A stretch of 34,255 nt of DNA from Candidatus Nanopelagicales bacterium (GCA_032117435.1 JAULZJ010000048.1:1-34255), one strand, 5' to 3'; shown: positions 15,867-26,174, counted from the stretch's first letter. The notes: generated by a model not told the origin, from the letters alone. Numbers and translations: made by a program.

Positions 15867-16070
15867 TCAGAGGGGACGGACGTTGTCGGCCTGGGGGCCC
15901 TTGGGCCCCTGGACGATGTCGAACTCGACCGTCTGGTTCTCGTCGAGGCTGCGGTAGCCGTCGGACTGGATGGCGGAGAAGTGCACGAAAACATCGGCAC
16001 CCCCGTCAGCCTGAGCGATGAAGCCGAAGCCCTTCTCGGCGTTGAACCACTTCACAGTTCCCTGTGCCAT
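15867..16070 (-). CDS. cspA: Cold-shock protein, CspA family
   Basis: 67 aa beginning [18 protein letters not shown], with RNP1 KGFGFI and RNP2 VFVHF. AGGAG lies 9 nt upstream of the ATG. Confidence 0.95.
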   Translation of the reverse strand: MAQGTVKWFNAEKGFGFIAQADGGADVFVHFSAIQSDGYRSLDENQTVEFDIVQGPKGPQADNVRPL

Positions 16071-16342
16071 GCGGGGTAACTCCTACTGCTGGGATCCCAA
16101 ACTTGCGGATACGTGGTCGCCGGGCACCTCGCCCGACGGGCTGATGGTGCGAGCCGACGTCCCGCCCTCGGGTCTCCCCTGGGAGCTTGGGCATCGAAAT
16201 CGGTGGTCACCCACCGACGCCGACGCCCACGAACGGTGGTTCATGTGCAGCACAGCCACCTGGACGGTAGCACGCGGCCTCGCCACCCTGGAGCCATATC
16301 CATAGGCCACTGCCCTCAGCATGGACGATTACTCTGGCGCCC

Positions 16343-18001
16343 GTGACTCCTGAGGACCTCGCCATCGCCGTGGGGGAGTGCATAGCGGCGCTCCGGTCCG
16401 GGGGCGCCCTAGCGGGGGATCTGCCGCCGGCGATCGTCATCGAGCGTCCCAAGAACCCCGACCACGGCGACTACGCCACGCCGGTCGCCCTCATCCTGGC
16501 CAAGTCGGCAGGCAGGCCCCCGCGTGACATCGCCGACTTGATCGCCGGGCGACTGCGACTGGTCCCGGGGATCACCGATGCCGAGGTGGCCGGTCCAGGT
16601 TTCGTCAACATTCGCCTGACCGCCGATGCCCAGGGAGTCGTGGCACGCCAGGTCGTCGAGGCTGGTGAGTCCTATGGGTGCGGCGTCGGCCACGCGGGGC
16701 AGACCATCAACGTCGAGTTCATCTCCGCAAATCCGACGGGGCCCATTCATCTCGGTCACACGCGCTGGGCCGCTGTGGGCGATGCGATTGCGCGCGTCCT
16801 CGAGGCAGACGGTGCAGACGTCTCCCGCGAGTTCTATATCAACGACCGCGGCACGCAGATGGAGCGCTTCGGCGCTTCGGTGATGGCCGTGGCGCAGGGG
16901 CGCCCGGTGCCGGAGGATGGCTATCACGGGGCCTACATTGCCGACCTCGCTGCGCACATCGTGGCGGCGCACCCGAACTACGTGTCCCTTCCGGAGGCGG
17001 AGCAGGAGGACGCTTTCCGCGAGGCGGCGTACGACCTCCAGTTGGCGGAGCAGCGGGACGTGCTCGAGCTCTTCCGCACTCACTTCGACACGTGGTACTC
17101 GGAGCGATCGTTGCACTCCTCCGGTGCCGTCGAGCGTGGCATGCAGCGGCTCCGAGACGAGGGCCATGTCTTCGAACTGGACGGCGCGACCTGGCTGCGC
17201 ACGACCGACTTTGGCGATGACAAGGACCGCGTGCTCATCAAGGCCGATGGCGCATTGACCTACTTCGCGTCCGACACCGCCTATTACGTTGACAAGAGGG
17301 TGCGCGGATTCGATGTTGCGATCTACCTCCTCGGCGCTGACCACCACGGCTACGTCAACCGGCTCCGCGCCGTCGCTGCCTGCGCGGGCGATGACATGGA
17401 TCGCAATGTCGAGGTCCTCATCGGGCAACTGGTGAAGATGATGCAGGACGGAGAGGAGGTCAAGCTCTCCAAGAGGGCGGGCACGATCATCACCCTGGCC
17501 GAGCTCATCGAAGAAGTCGGCGTCGATGCGGCGCGCTACTCCCTCATCCGCTACCCCGTCGATTCGCCGCTGACGCTGGACTTGGACGTGATCGTGCAGC
17601 GGACCAACGACAATCCGGTCTACTACGTGCAGTACGCCCACGCACGCGTGAGCTCGGTGCTGCGCAATGCCGCGGACCTCGGCATCGACTGGCGCTCGAC
17701 CGGATACGACCCGGCGCTGCTGGCGCACGAGCGCGAGGGGGATCTGCTGAGGGCACTCGCGGAGTTCCCCGCGGTTATCGCCACGGCGGCCGAGTTGCGC
17801 GAGCCGCATCGCGTGCCCCGCTACCTCGAGTCCTTGGCCACGGCCTATCACCGCTTCTACGACGCCTGCCGCGTGCTGCCGCGTGGCGATGAGCCCGCCG
17901 AGCCCACCCATCTCGCCAGGCTCTGGCTCTGTGCCGCAACTCGCCAGGTCCTGGCCAACGGCCTCGCCCTGTGCGGGGTCACCGCGCCGGATCGGATGTA
18001 G
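16343..18001 (+). CDS. argS: Arginine--tRNA ligase
   Basis: Class I HIGH-type motif SANPTGPIHLGH, the KMSKS-like KLSKRAG, and the argS-specific DALR-type anticodon-binding C-terminus ending in M. Confidence 0.95.
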   Translation: MTPEDLAIAVGECIAALRSGGALAGDLPPAIVIERPKNPDHGDYATPVALILAKSAGRPPRDIADLIAGRLRLVPGITDAEVAGPGFVNIRLTADAQGVVARQVVEAGESYGCGVGHAGQTINVEFISANPTGPIHLGHTRWAAVGDAIARVLEADGADVSREFYINDRGTQMERFGASVMAVAQGRPVPEDGYHGAYIADLAAHIVAAHPNYVSLPEAEQEDAFREAAYDLQLAEQRDVLELFRTHFDTWYSERSLHSSGAVERGMQRLRDEGHVFELDGATWLRTTDFGDDKDRVLIKADGALTYFASDTAYYVDKRVRGFDVAIYLLGADHHGYVNRLRAVAACAGDDMDRNVEVLIGQLVKMMQDGEEVKLSKRAGTIITLAELIEEVGVDAARYSLIRYPVDSPLTLDLDVIVQRTNDNPVYYVQYAHARVSSVLRNAADLGIDWRSTGYDPALLAHEREGDLLRALAEFPAVIATAAELREPHRVPRYLESLATAYHRFYDACRVLPRGDEPAEPTHLARLWLCAATRQVLANGLALCGVTAPDRM

Positions 18002-19094
18002 CTGTTTCAGCCGTACGTCGCGTACGAGCAATCAGAATCGCCCCCGACACTGCCAACAGGATGACCCCTGCCACGAAGAGCCCCGCGACCATGCCCAGCG
18101 TCTGCCCGGCGATGGAGAGTGCGCCTGCCCCGGCAGCGATCACGCCTCCGGCTGCCCACACCCACGAGCCGCCCCGCGCGAAGATGACTACTGCGACGAG
18201 CGCGAAGATCAGTAGAGCGATCCGCGAGAACCACATCGCCCACATGAGTTGCTGCTGTCCACTGTCGTCTGGCAAGGACGAAGCGAAAGTCGTGAAGGCA
18301 TTGCCCAGTTGCAGCCCGATGAAGGCGGTCACGCCAAGGGCTTCCGTCAGAAGGCGTGGCGGTAGTAACCGTGGTGCGATGATGAGCCATCCCACCGTGT
18401 ACACCGCACTGACGATCGCAATCACGAGGGGCTGCTCCCACGATCCGAGAATCCGGTCGGTGACCAACCACAGCCAGAGGAGCCCAGTTACGGCGACGCT
18501 GAGAGTGGGCACCGCCCCGGGTGCCCACCACGCAGCGACGGCCGCGGCCACCAGGGCCATCGACGCGAGTCCGATGGGCCAGTAGGTGCCCTCGGCATCG
18601 ATGTCGACTCCCGCCCATTCCAGTGCCACGACCAAGGCTGAGACGACCAGGGGTATGGCGACGGCGAGGAGCACGCCTACGAGGCGGCGTCGAGTCGCAT
18701 GATCGCGCAGGGAATTGAGGCCACCCGCAGTAGTCGTCACGATCAGCGCCGTGACGTAGAGAGCGATCGCGCCAAGGGTGACGACCCCCAGCTGAACAGG
18801 CTTTGGCCATAACGCCCAGGTCTGGCTCGCCAAAGTCAAGCCTGCGCCGACGATGAATGCAGCACCGATGTACCCGATGATCTCCGGAAGGGCCCCCCGG
18901 CGCGTCGTGTCCGGAGCCGGGACCACCTCACCCGTAGGCGGGGATGCCGTCAGTGCTGCGACCTGGGCCCGGAGTCGAGCGGCCTCCGCCCTGAGCTCCC
19001 CCACCTCTGCCTGCAGCCGTGCCACGTCCGGCGCGGTGGAGCCGTCGGGGGTCGCGGGCGTCGGATTCCGGGCGCTGGAGGTGTCATCGGTCAT
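17979..19094 (-). CDS. Polytopic membrane protein with an N-terminal coiled-coil segment, unknown function
   Basis: Starting from ATG 19094, MTDDTSS...DVARLQAEVGELRAEAARLRAQVAAL is followed by about 10 hydrophobic segments. The 3' end overlaps the argS 3' end by 23 nt (convergent). The track start at 19148 is an alternative. Confidence 0.6.
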   Translation of the reverse strand: MTDDTSSARNPTPATPDGSTAPDVARLQAEVGELRAEAARLRAQVAALTASPPTGEVVPAPDTTRRGALPEIIGYIGAAFIVGAGLTLASQTWALWPKPVQLGVVTLGAIALYVTALIVTTTAGGLNSLRDHATRRRLVGVLLAVAIPLVVSALVVALEWAGVDIDAEGTYWPIGLASMALVAAAVAAWWAPGAVPTLSVAVTGLLWLWLVTDRILGSWEQPLVIAIVSAVYTVGWLIIAPRLLPPRLLTEALGVTAFIGLQLGNAFTTFASSLPDDSGQQQLMWAMWFSRIALLIFALVAVVIFARGGSWVWAAGGVIAAGAGALSIAGQTLGMVAGLFVAGVILLAVSGAILIARTRRTAETATSDPAR

Positions 19095-19236
19095 GGAAAC
19101 ATTGTCATCTAGCACCCCTGCCGATACCCATACATTGTCGAAGACCACCTCAGCTCAAAGCGGCCGGCTGGCTCAATGGGTTCCGCCGTAGTGGTCGTTG
19201 TCGAATCCGGATCAGTTAGGCCACTACCCTGGCGCC

Positions 19237-20646
19237 ATGCGCGCTCATCCGGCTGGCCCGCGACACGGAGAGGTCCTCACTTCCTCACCAGCTCCTGCCG
19301 CACCGTCAGGAGATCCCGGGGATCTCGAGGCCCTCATCTGGCCTCAGGGCGCACATCGCAACGCCGACGGCGCGCTGGTGATCGGCGGCGTAGACGTGCG
19401 GGATGCGGCCCGCGAATTCACCACCCCCGTCTTCCTCCTCGATGAGGAGGACTTCCGCAGCCGCGCTGCCGCCTTCCGCTCGGCGTATGACGCTGGACGA
19501 GCTGACGTCTACTACGCCGCAAAAGCCTTCCTGTCCACCGCGATCGCGCGCTGGGCCGTGGAGGAGGGGCTGGGCATCGACGTGGCGAGCGGAGGCGAAC
19601 TCGCCGTCGCGTTGGCGGCGGGAGTGCCCGGCGATCGCCTCCTGCTGCACGGTAACAACAAGTCGCGCGAGGAGATCCGACGCGCGCTCGAGGCCGCTGT
19701 CGGCCGCATCGTGGTGGACTCCCTGGACGAGGTCGATCGCGTGGCGGAGGTGGCGCGCGACCTCGGCGTACGCCCCTCGGTGCTTGTCCGCGCGACCGTG
19801 GGCGTGGAGGCGCATACTCACGAGTTCATCGCCACGGCCCATGAGGACCAGAAGTTCGGTCTCTCCCTCGCGTCCGGTGCAGCCCTCGAGGCGATCCGCC
19901 GCATCGTCGCGACCCCCGATCTGGACTTCCGCGGCCTTCACTCGCACATCGGCTCGCAGATCTTTGATGCCGCGGGCTTCGAGGTCGCGGCATCTCGACT
20001 AGTCGGTCTGATGGGTGAGCTGCAGGCCGAGGGCATCGCGGTCGAGGAGCTCAATCTCGGCGGCGGCATGGGGATCGCCTACGTGAGCGATGACGACCCG
20101 CTCGAGGTGGGAGCCATGGCCAAGGCGATCGCGGCGATCGTGGATGGGGCGTGCGTGCGCGCAGGACTTCGCGTGCCGAGACTTGCCTTCGAGCCGGGTC
20201 GCGCCATCGTCGGGCCCGCTGGCGTCACGATCTACGAGGTGGGAACCGTGAAGCCCGTCGAACTCGACCACGGCCATAAGCGTGTCTACGTCTCCGTCGA
20301 TGGCGGGATGAGCGACAACATCCGCACCGCTCTCTACGACGCGGATTACACCGTCGTCCTCGCCTCGCGCGTCTCCATGGCGGAGCCCGTCCTTTGCCGG
20401 GTCGTGGGCAAGCACTGCGAAAGCGGAGATGTCATCGTGCGTGATGCGTGGCTGCCCACTGACTTGACCCACGGCGACCTGCTCGCCGTGGCGGCGACGG
20501 GGGCCTACTGCCGCTCGATGGCGTCCCAGTACAACTACCTGCCTCGTCCGGCCGTGATCGGGGTGCGGGACGGCTCCTGTGCCGTCGTGCTGAGACGCGA
20601 GACGGAGCGCGACCTGCTCGCCCTCGATCCGGGCGCGGACTCCTGA
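19237..20646 (+). CDS. lysA: Diaminopimelate decarboxylase
   Basis: PLP-Lys context VYYAAKAF, plus HSHIGSQ, EPGRAIVG and GKHCESGD. I prefer ATG 19237, because TACCCT ends 6 nt upstream and gives a leaderless geometry, over TTG 19198. Confidence 0.9.
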   Translation: MRAHPAGPRHGEVLTSSPAPAAPSGDPGDLEALIWPQGAHRNADGALVIGGVDVRDAAREFTTPVFLLDEEDFRSRAAAFRSAYDAGRADVYYAAKAFLSTAIARWAVEEGLGIDVASGGELAVALAAGVPGDRLLLHGNNKSREEIRRALEAAVGRIVVDSLDEVDRVAEVARDLGVRPSVLVRATVGVEAHTHEFIATAHEDQKFGLSLASGAALEAIRRIVATPDLDFRGLHSHIGSQIFDAAGFEVAASRLVGLMGELQAEGIAVEELNLGGGMGIAYVSDDDPLEVGAMAKAIAAIVDGACVRAGLRVPRLAFEPGRAIVGPAGVTIYEVGTVKPVELDHGHKRVYVSVDGGMSDNIRTALYDADYTVVLASRVSMAEPVLCRVVGKHCESGDVIVRDAWLPTDLTHGDLLAVAATGAYCRSMASQYNYLPRPAVIGVRDGSCAVVLRRETERDLLALDPGADS

Positions 20647-20709
20647 GGGCCCGGGCCATCTGAGAGGCTAGGTCCGCGCGTTAGTCCCGCCCGACCCGAG
20701 GAGTCCAGC

Positions 20710-22002
20710 ATGCCCGCCCCGATCACAGTCGCCCTGCTGGGCGGGGGCACCGTCGGTGCACAGGTGGCGCGACTCATCCTTGATCAGTCGGCCGATCTCG
20801 CGGCGCGCATCGGCGTGCCCCTGGAGCTCGTCGGCGTGGCCGTCCGCGATACCTCGCGTCCGCGGGACTGCATCCCCTCCGAGCTCCTGACCGACGATCC
20901 TGCGGCGCTTGTCGCGCGCGGCAGCGACATTGTCATCGAGGTCATGGGCGGGATCGAGCCCGCGCGGTCGCTGATCCTGGAGGCGATGGCGGCGGGATCC
21001 TCCGTTGTCACCGCCAACAAGGCACTGCTTGCAGCAGACGGTGCCTCGCTCTACACCGCCGCGGAGGCGAACGGTGTCGATCTCTACTTCGAGGCCGCGG
21101 TCGCTGGCGCCATCCCCCTGCTGCGCCCACTGCGCGAGTCCCTGGCGGGTGACCGCGTCACCAAGGTCCTCGGAATCGTCAACGGCACGACGAACTTCAT
21201 CCTCAGCAAGATGGACGAGGAGGGTGCTGACTACGCCGATGTCCTGGCGGAGGCACAGGCCCTGGGGTACGCCGAAGCCGACCCGACGGCGGATGTCGGC
21301 GGCCTCGACGCTGCGGCCAAGGCCGCCATCCTCGCTGAATTGGCGTTCCACACGCGCGTGACCTTTGACGACGTCTACTGCGAGGGCATCACGGGTGTCA
21401 CCTCGGCGGATGTGGCGGCGGCGCGCGAGATGGGCTTCGTGGTCAAGCTGCTCGCCGTGGCGGAGCGCACGGACGATGGGCGCGGCGTCATCGTGCGCGT
21501 CCACCCGACGATGGTGCCGCGCGATCATCCGCTCGCCAGTGTCCGCGACGCCTTCAACGCGGTGTTCATCGAGGCGGAGAATGCCGGCGAGATGATGTTC
21601 TACGGCAGGGGAGCGGGTGGTGCACCCACGGCCAGTGCGGTCCTGGGGGACGTCGTCACGGTCGCACGCAATCTCCATGGCGGCGGCCGAGGTCCGCGGG
21701 AATCGACCTATGCCGCACTGGATGTGGTCGGCGTGCAGCATGCTCGCACGCGCTACTACGTCAACCTCGACGTCGCAGATCGGCCCGGCGTACTCGCCAC
21801 CGTCGCCCGGGTCTTCTCGGACAACGGCGTGAGCATCCAGGTGGTGCGCCAGGAGGGACACGGCGACGATGCCGGCCTGGTCGTGCGCACGCACCTGGCC
21901 ACCGACGGCGACCTGAGTCGCACCATCGACCAGCTCCGTGGACTCGATGTGGTCAAGCGCATCCTCGGTGTCATGCGCGTCGAGGGGGAGGCGGGAGCAT
22001 GA
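20710..22002 (+). CDS. hom: Homoserine dehydrogenase
   Basis: N-terminal NAD-binding [13 protein letters not shown], a central homoserine-dehydrogenase domain and a C-terminal ACT-like domain. The position ahead of thrC and thrB fits. Confidence 0.92.
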   Translation: MPAPITVALLGGGTVGAQVARLILDQSADLAARIGVPLELVGVAVRDTSRPRDCIPSELLTDDPAALVARGSDIVIEVMGGIEPARSLILEAMAAGSSVVTANKALLAADGASLYTAAEANGVDLYFEAAVAGAIPLLRPLRESLAGDRVTKVLGIVNGTTNFILSKMDEEGADYADVLAEAQALGYAEADPTADVGGLDAAAKAAILAELAFHTRVTFDDVYCEGITGVTSADVAAAREMGFVVKLLAVAERTDDGRGVIVRVHPTMVPRDHPLASVRDAFNAVFIEAENAGEMMFYGRGAGGAPTASAVLGDVVTVARNLHGGGRGPRESTYAALDVVGVQHARTRYYVNLDVADRPGVLATVARVFSDNGVSIQVVRQEGHGDDAGLVVRTHLATDGDLSRTIDQLRGLDVVKRILGVMRVEGEAGA

Positions 22003-23069
22003 CCGCCGGTGCCCCTCAGTGGCGTGGGCTGATCGAGGAGTACCGGTCATGGCTGCCTGTCGACGAGGCGACACCGGTCGTCACGCTCCGGGAGGGCGGC
22101 ACCCCGCTCGTCTACGCCTGCACGATCAGCGAGATGACCGGGTGCCAGGTCTGGCTGAAGTACGACGGTGCCAACCCCACGGGGTCCTTCAAGGACCGGG
22201 GCATGACGATGGCGATCAGCAAGGCGGCCCAGGAGGGGGCGCGGGCGGTCATCTGCGCCTCGACGGGCAATACCTCCGCGAGTGCTGCCGCCTACGCCGT
22301 CAAGGCGGGGATGGTGTGCGCGGTGCTCGTGCCCGAGGGCAAGATCGCGATGGGCAAGCTCGCCCAGGCCATCATCCACGGCGCCACGCTGCTCCAGGTG
22401 GAGGGCAACTTCGACGACTGCCTCACCCTCGCGCGGGGCCTCGCGGACGACTATCCGGTCTCGCTCGTCAACAGCGTCAACCCCACTCGCATCGAGGGGC
22501 AGAAGACCGCCAGTTTCGAGATCGTCGACTTCCTCGGCAACGCCCCGGACATCCATTGCCTGCCGGTGGGCAACGCGGGCAACATCACGGCGTACTGGAA
22601 GGGCTATCGGGAGTACGCCGATGCAGGTCATGCGGCTCGACTCCCGCGGATGTGGGGATTCCAGGCTGCCGGCGCTGCCCCGATAGTCACGGGAGCCCCT
22701 GTCGCCAAGCCGGAGACGATCGCCACGGCGATCCGCATCGGCAATCCCGCATCGTGGGAGCAGGCACTTGCCGCACGCGACGAGTCGGGCGGCCTCATCG
22801 ACTCCGTCACCGATGAGCAGATCCTCGCGGCGTACCGCCTGCTCGCCGCGAAGGAGGGGCTCTTCTGCGAGCCGGCTAGTGCAGCGAGCGTCGCGGGTCT
22901 CCTGCAGGCCCATGAGCGAGGGCACCTCGACCCCGGCCAGACGGTGGTGTGCACCCTGACCGGCAACGGCCTGAAGGATCCCCAGTGGGCACTCGAGAGT
23001 GCACCGGATCCGATCGTCGTGCCGGTCGATGCAGCTGTCGCTGCCGTCGCCCTGGGCCTGCGAGGCTGA
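21999..23069 (+). CDS. thrC: Threonine synthase
   Basis: ATGA overlap with hom. PLP-Lys motif TGSFKDRG and the glycine-rich loop GNAGN. Confidence 0.92.
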   Translation: MTAGAPQWRGLIEEYRSWLPVDEATPVVTLREGGTPLVYACTISEMTGCQVWLKYDGANPTGSFKDRGMTMAISKAAQEGARAVICASTGNTSASAAAYAVKAGMVCAVLVPEGKIAMGKLAQAIIHGATLLQVEGNFDDCLTLARGLADDYPVSLVNSVNPTRIEGQKTASFEIVDFLGNAPDIHCLPVGNAGNITAYWKGYREYADAGHAARLPRMWGFQAAGAAPIVTGAPVAKPETIATAIRIGNPASWEQALAARDESGGLIDSVTDEQILAAYRLLAAKEGLFCEPASAASVAGLLQAHERGHLDPGQTVVCTLTGNGLKDPQWALESAPDPIVVPVDAAVAAVALGLRG

Positions 23070-23073
23070 GGCG

Positions 23074-24000
23074 ATGTCGACCTTCCGCTCTGCCGGCGTC
23101 GAGGTCATCGTGCCGGCGACCAGCGCCAACCTCGGGCCCGGCTTCGACTCCCTGGGACTCGCCCTGGCGATCCACGACCACCTCGTAGCGATGGTGACCG
23201 AGGACCCGGGCGTGCTCGTCACGGTGGAGGGGGAGGGAGCGGGTGAGCTGCCCACCGACGAGCGCCATCTTGTGGCCCGTGCGATGTCCGCCGCGTGGGA
23301 GGCCATGGCAGTGTCGCCACCCGGCGTGGTCATCCGGTGTCGCAACGGCATCCCCCAGGCGAGGGGCCTTGGCTCGTCGGCGGCCGCGATCGTCGCCGGT
23401 CTCCTCCTGGCCCGCGCCCTCGTCGAGGATGGCGAGGAGCGGCTGACGGACGAGGATCTCCTGGGCGTGGCCACGACGATGGAGGGCCACCCGGACAACG
23501 TCGCTGCGGCGCTGCTCGGCGGATTCACCACTGCCTGGATCGATTCCGTGGACGACACCCATGCCAGTGCGGTGACGCGCGCCGTGCACGGGTCGATCGC
23601 GCCGATGATCTTCGTGCCCGAAGTCGCCATGCGCACCGAGGAGGCGCGCATGATGCTCCCTGACGTCGTCGACCGCGCTGATGCGGTCTTCAATGTCGGT
23701 CGCGCGGCGCTGCTCGCGCATGCACTCGTCGATGATCCCGCGATGCTCTTCCCCGCGACGGAGGACAGGCTTCACCAGGATGCGCGAGCACATGCATACC
23801 CGGACTCCCATCGCCTTGTCATGTCCTTGAGGGAGATGTCGGTGCCGGCTGTCATCTCGGGTGCCGGCCCGGCGGTCCTCGCGCTGACCACCGAAGACGA
23901 GGAGCGCACGGCCGCCTCCGCGGCTGCTCCTAGTGGCTGGCGCGCGCTCGTCGTGCCGGTGGACAGCGACGGCGCCCGGGTCCGCATCCGGGGGTCCTGA
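23074..24000 (+). CDS. thrB: Homoserine kinase (GHMP family)
   Basis: ATG 23074 lies 4 nt after the thrC stop. N-terminal VPATSANLGPGFDSLGLAL and GHMP motif GLGSSAAAIVAG. Confidence 0.92.
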   Translation: MSTFRSAGVEVIVPATSANLGPGFDSLGLALAIHDHLVAMVTEDPGVLVTVEGEGAGELPTDERHLVARAMSAAWEAMAVSPPGVVIRCRNGIPQARGLGSSAAAIVAGLLLARALVEDGEERLTDEDLLGVATTMEGHPDNVAAALLGGFTTAWIDSVDDTHASAVTRAVHGSIAPMIFVPEVAMRTEEARMMLPDVVDRADAVFNVGRAALLAHALVDDPAMLFPATEDRLHQDARAHAYPDSHRLVMSLREMSVPAVISGAGPAVLALTTEDEERTAASAAAPSGWRALVVPVDSDGARVRIRGS

Positions 24001-24174
24001 GGCATCGACCCGGGGGTGGGTGCTAACCTCGTGGGAGTCCGCGTTGGACCCCTCCAAGATCCCCGTTCCTCTCGGGAATGCCGACATAGGCACAGCGGAC
24101 ATTGCGCGGTGTGGACTTCACCTCCGTGCACCCACCCGATCCCACCGTGGTGTCGGGCTGACAAAGGAAACTAC
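24001..24174 (+). promoter_or_regulatory. rho 5' leader with a C-rich, G-poor (rut-like) patch; possible autoregulatory attenuator
   Basis: This is a 174-nt non-coding gap before rho. It contains GACCCCTCCAAGATCCCCGTTCCTCTC at about 24049-24075. Any function is inferred from Rho autoregulation in other bacteria. Confidence 0.3.
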
Positions 24175-25857
24175 GTGAGCGATACCGCTACCGCCCCTGC
24201 CAGCAAGTCAGCGTCCGGGCTCTCCGGAATGCTCCTGCCCGAGCTCAAGCAGCTCGCCCAGTCGCTGGGCATCACCGGGGCCAGCACGATGCGCAAGGGC
24301 GCTCTCATCGAGGCCATCAGCGCCAAGCAGTCCGCAGGGCGATCCTCCGGCGCGACGCGCGCCGAGGGCAATGGGGCCGCGCGATCCAAGGAGCGCACTG
24401 GCAACGGTGGTTCCGAGGGCGATGGCAGCACCGAGACGGCGCCTACGAGCGATGCCGGGGCCGCCCCGCGCAGGGACAACCGTGGCGACCAGCGCCCGGA
24501 CAATCGACAGGACAGCCGCGGCGATCAGCGGCCGGACAACCGTCAGGACAGCCGTCAGGACAGTCGACAGGATGCCTACGACGACGACGGTGACGGTGGC
24601 TCGCGACGTCGACGCCGTCGCGGCCGTGATCGCTTCCGCGACCGCCGTGATCGTCGCCCGGGCACAACCTTCAACGAGCAGGACATCGAGGTGTCCGAGG
24701 ACGATGTGCTCGTCCCCGTCGCGGGCATCCTGGACATCATGGACAACTACGCATTCGTGCGCACCGCCGGCTACCTCCCGAGCCCCAACGACGTCTACGT
24801 CTCCCTCTCCATGGTCAAGAAGCACGGGCTGCGCAAGGGCGATGCCATCACGGGTGCCGTGCGCCAGCCGCGCGATGGGGAGCGGCGGGAGAAGTTCAAT
24901 CCGCTCGTGAGGATCGAGACCGTCAACGGCAGCGAGCCGGACCAGGGCCGTCAGCGTCCGGAGTTCTCCAAGCTCACCCCTCTCTACCCCCAGGAGCGGC
25001 TGCGCCTGGAGACCGAGCCGGGCAACCTCACCACGCGCGTGATCGACCTGGTTGCGCCGATCGGCAAGGGCCAGCGCGGTCTCATCGTCTCCCCGCCCAA
25101 GGCGGGCAAGACCATGGTGCTCCAGTCCATTGCCAACGCCATCGTCACCAACAACCCCGAGTGCCATCTCATGGTCGTCCTCGTGGACGAGCGACCCGAG
25201 GAAGTCACCGACATGCAGCGCTCGGTGAAGGGCGAGGTCATCGCCTCCACCTTCGATCGTCCCGCCGAGGACCACACGATCGTCGCGGAGCTTGCGATCG
25301 AGCGCGCCAAGCGCCTTGTGGAGTTGGGCCACGACGTCGTCGTCCTGCTCGACTCGATGACTCGTCTCGGGCGGGCCTACAACCTCGCCGCCCCCGCGTC
25401 GGGACGAATCCTGTCCGGTGGTGTCGACTCCACGGCGCTCTATCCGCCCAAGCGCTTCTTCGGCGCCGCACGCAATATCGAGAACGGCGGGTCGCTCACC
25501 ATCCTGGCGACGGCCCTCGTCGAGACCGGCTCTCGCATGGACGAGGTGATCTTCGAGGAGTTCAAGGGCACCGGCAACATGGAGCTCAAGCTCGACCGCA
25601 AGCTGGCCGACAAGCGCATCTTCCCCAGTGTCGACGTGGATGCCTCCGGCACCCGCAAGGAGGAGCTCCTCATGGCTCCGGACGAGCTCAAGATCGTCTG
25701 GAAGCTGCGGCGCGTGCTCCACGCACTCGATCAGCAGCAGGCCATCGAGCTGCTGCTCACCAAGCTGCGCGACACCAAGAGCAACCTCGAATTCCTCCTG
25801 CAGGTCCAGAAGACGACCCCGGCCGTCACCGGCTCCACGGAGTCCGACGACGCCTAG
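24175..25857 (+). CDS. rho: Transcription termination factor Rho with an actinobacterial Arg/Asp/Asn/Gln-rich N-terminal insertion
   Basis: GTG 24175 is preceded by AAAGGAAA. The N-terminal domain begins [14 protein letters not shown], the Walker A motif is PPKAGKT, and the RecA-type core is present. The track start at 24016 adds a Cys/His/Pro-rich extension that looks non-coding. Confidence 0.95.
   Translation: MSDTATAPASKSASGLSGMLLPELKQLAQSLGITGASTMRKGALIEAISAKQSAGRSSGATRAEGNGAARSKERTGNGGSEGDGSTETAPTSDAGAAPRRDNRGDQRPDNRQDSRGDQRPDNRQDSRQDSRQDAYDDDGDGGSRRRRRRGRDRFRDRRDRRPGTTFNEQDIEVSEDDVLVPVAGILDIMDNYAFVRTAGYLPSPNDVYVSLSMVKKHGLRKGDAITGAVRQPRDGERREKFNPLVRIETVNGSEPDQGRQRPEFSKLTPLYPQERLRLETEPGNLTTRVIDLVAPIGKGQRGLIVSPPKAGKTMVLQSIANAIVTNNPECHLMVVLVDERPEEVTDMQRSVKGEVIASTFDRPAEDHTIVAELAIERAKRLVELGHDVVVLLDSMTRLGRAYNLAAPASGRILSGGVDSTALYPPKRFFGAARNIENGGSLTILATALVETGSRMDEVIFEEFKGTGNMELKLDRKLADKRIFPSVDVDASGTRKEELLMAPDELKIVWKLRRVLHALDQQQAIELLLTKLRDTKSNLEFLLQVQKTTPAVTGSTESDDA
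24475..24573 (+). repeat. In-frame degenerate tandem repeats inside rho, encoding DNRGDQRP / [12 protein letters not shown] / [13 protein letters not shown]
   Basis: Three GACAAYCG-initiated units span 24475-24498, 24499-24534 and 24535-24573. They are coding, not a CRISPR or an intergenic repeat. Confidence 0.8.
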
Positions 25858-25946
25858 CCCCGTCGCGGTGCGTTCACGCGATGGCGTACCCTTCCCTCGT
25901 CCGGTTCACCGCCGTCGCGGACCCGGACCCGAACATAGGAGTCACC

Positions 25947-26174
25947 ATGAGGTCGGGAATCCACCCCGAGTACGTCGAGACCCAGGTCACCTGCACCTGC
26001 GGGTCGACGTTCACCACGCGCAGCACAGCGAAGAACGGCGTCATCCACGCCGATGTCTGCTCGCAGTGCCACCCCTTCTACACCGGTCGCCAGAAGATCC
26101 TCGACTCCGGCGGCCGCGTCGCCAAGTTCGAGAAGCGCTTCGGTGGCAAGGACAAGGCCGACGCTTCCGAGTGA
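25947..26174 (+). CDS. rpmE: 50S ribosomal protein L31, Cys-containing (zinc-ribbon) type
   Basis: 75 aa beginning [22 protein letters not shown] and continuing to [15 protein letters not shown] lies 5 nt upstream of the ATG. Confidence 0.95.
   Translation: MRSGIHPEYVETQVTCTCGSTFTTRSTAKNGVIHADVCSQCHPFYTGRQKILDSGGRVAKFEKRFGGKDKADASE

Noticed and set aside
16409-18031. 540-aa minus-strand ORF antisense to argS
   Set aside because: argS on the plus strand has unambiguous class I synthetase motifs. The antisense product is low-complexity and Arg/Gly/Val-rich.
20668-23693. Minus-strand ORFs of 468 aa (20668-22074) and 548 aa (22047-23693) antisense to hom, thrC and thrB
   Set aside because: The plus-strand genes are textbook enzymes with catalytic motifs. 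The antisense frames show only GC-driven open reading.
24016-24174. Upstream extension of rho. The track also gives similar extensions for oleD (5934-6011), thrB (22999-23073) and rpmE (25161-25946).
   Set aside because: Each extension overlaps the preceding gene or a leader in another frame and adds non-homologous Cys/His/Pro/Arg-rich sequence. The internal starts have RBS or overlap geometry, and the conserved N-termini begin there.
24475-24573. Tandem repeats as a possible CRISPR or intergenic repeat array
   Set aside because: The units are short, degenerate, contiguous without spacers, and in frame inside rho. They encode the Arg/Asp/Asn-rich insertion.
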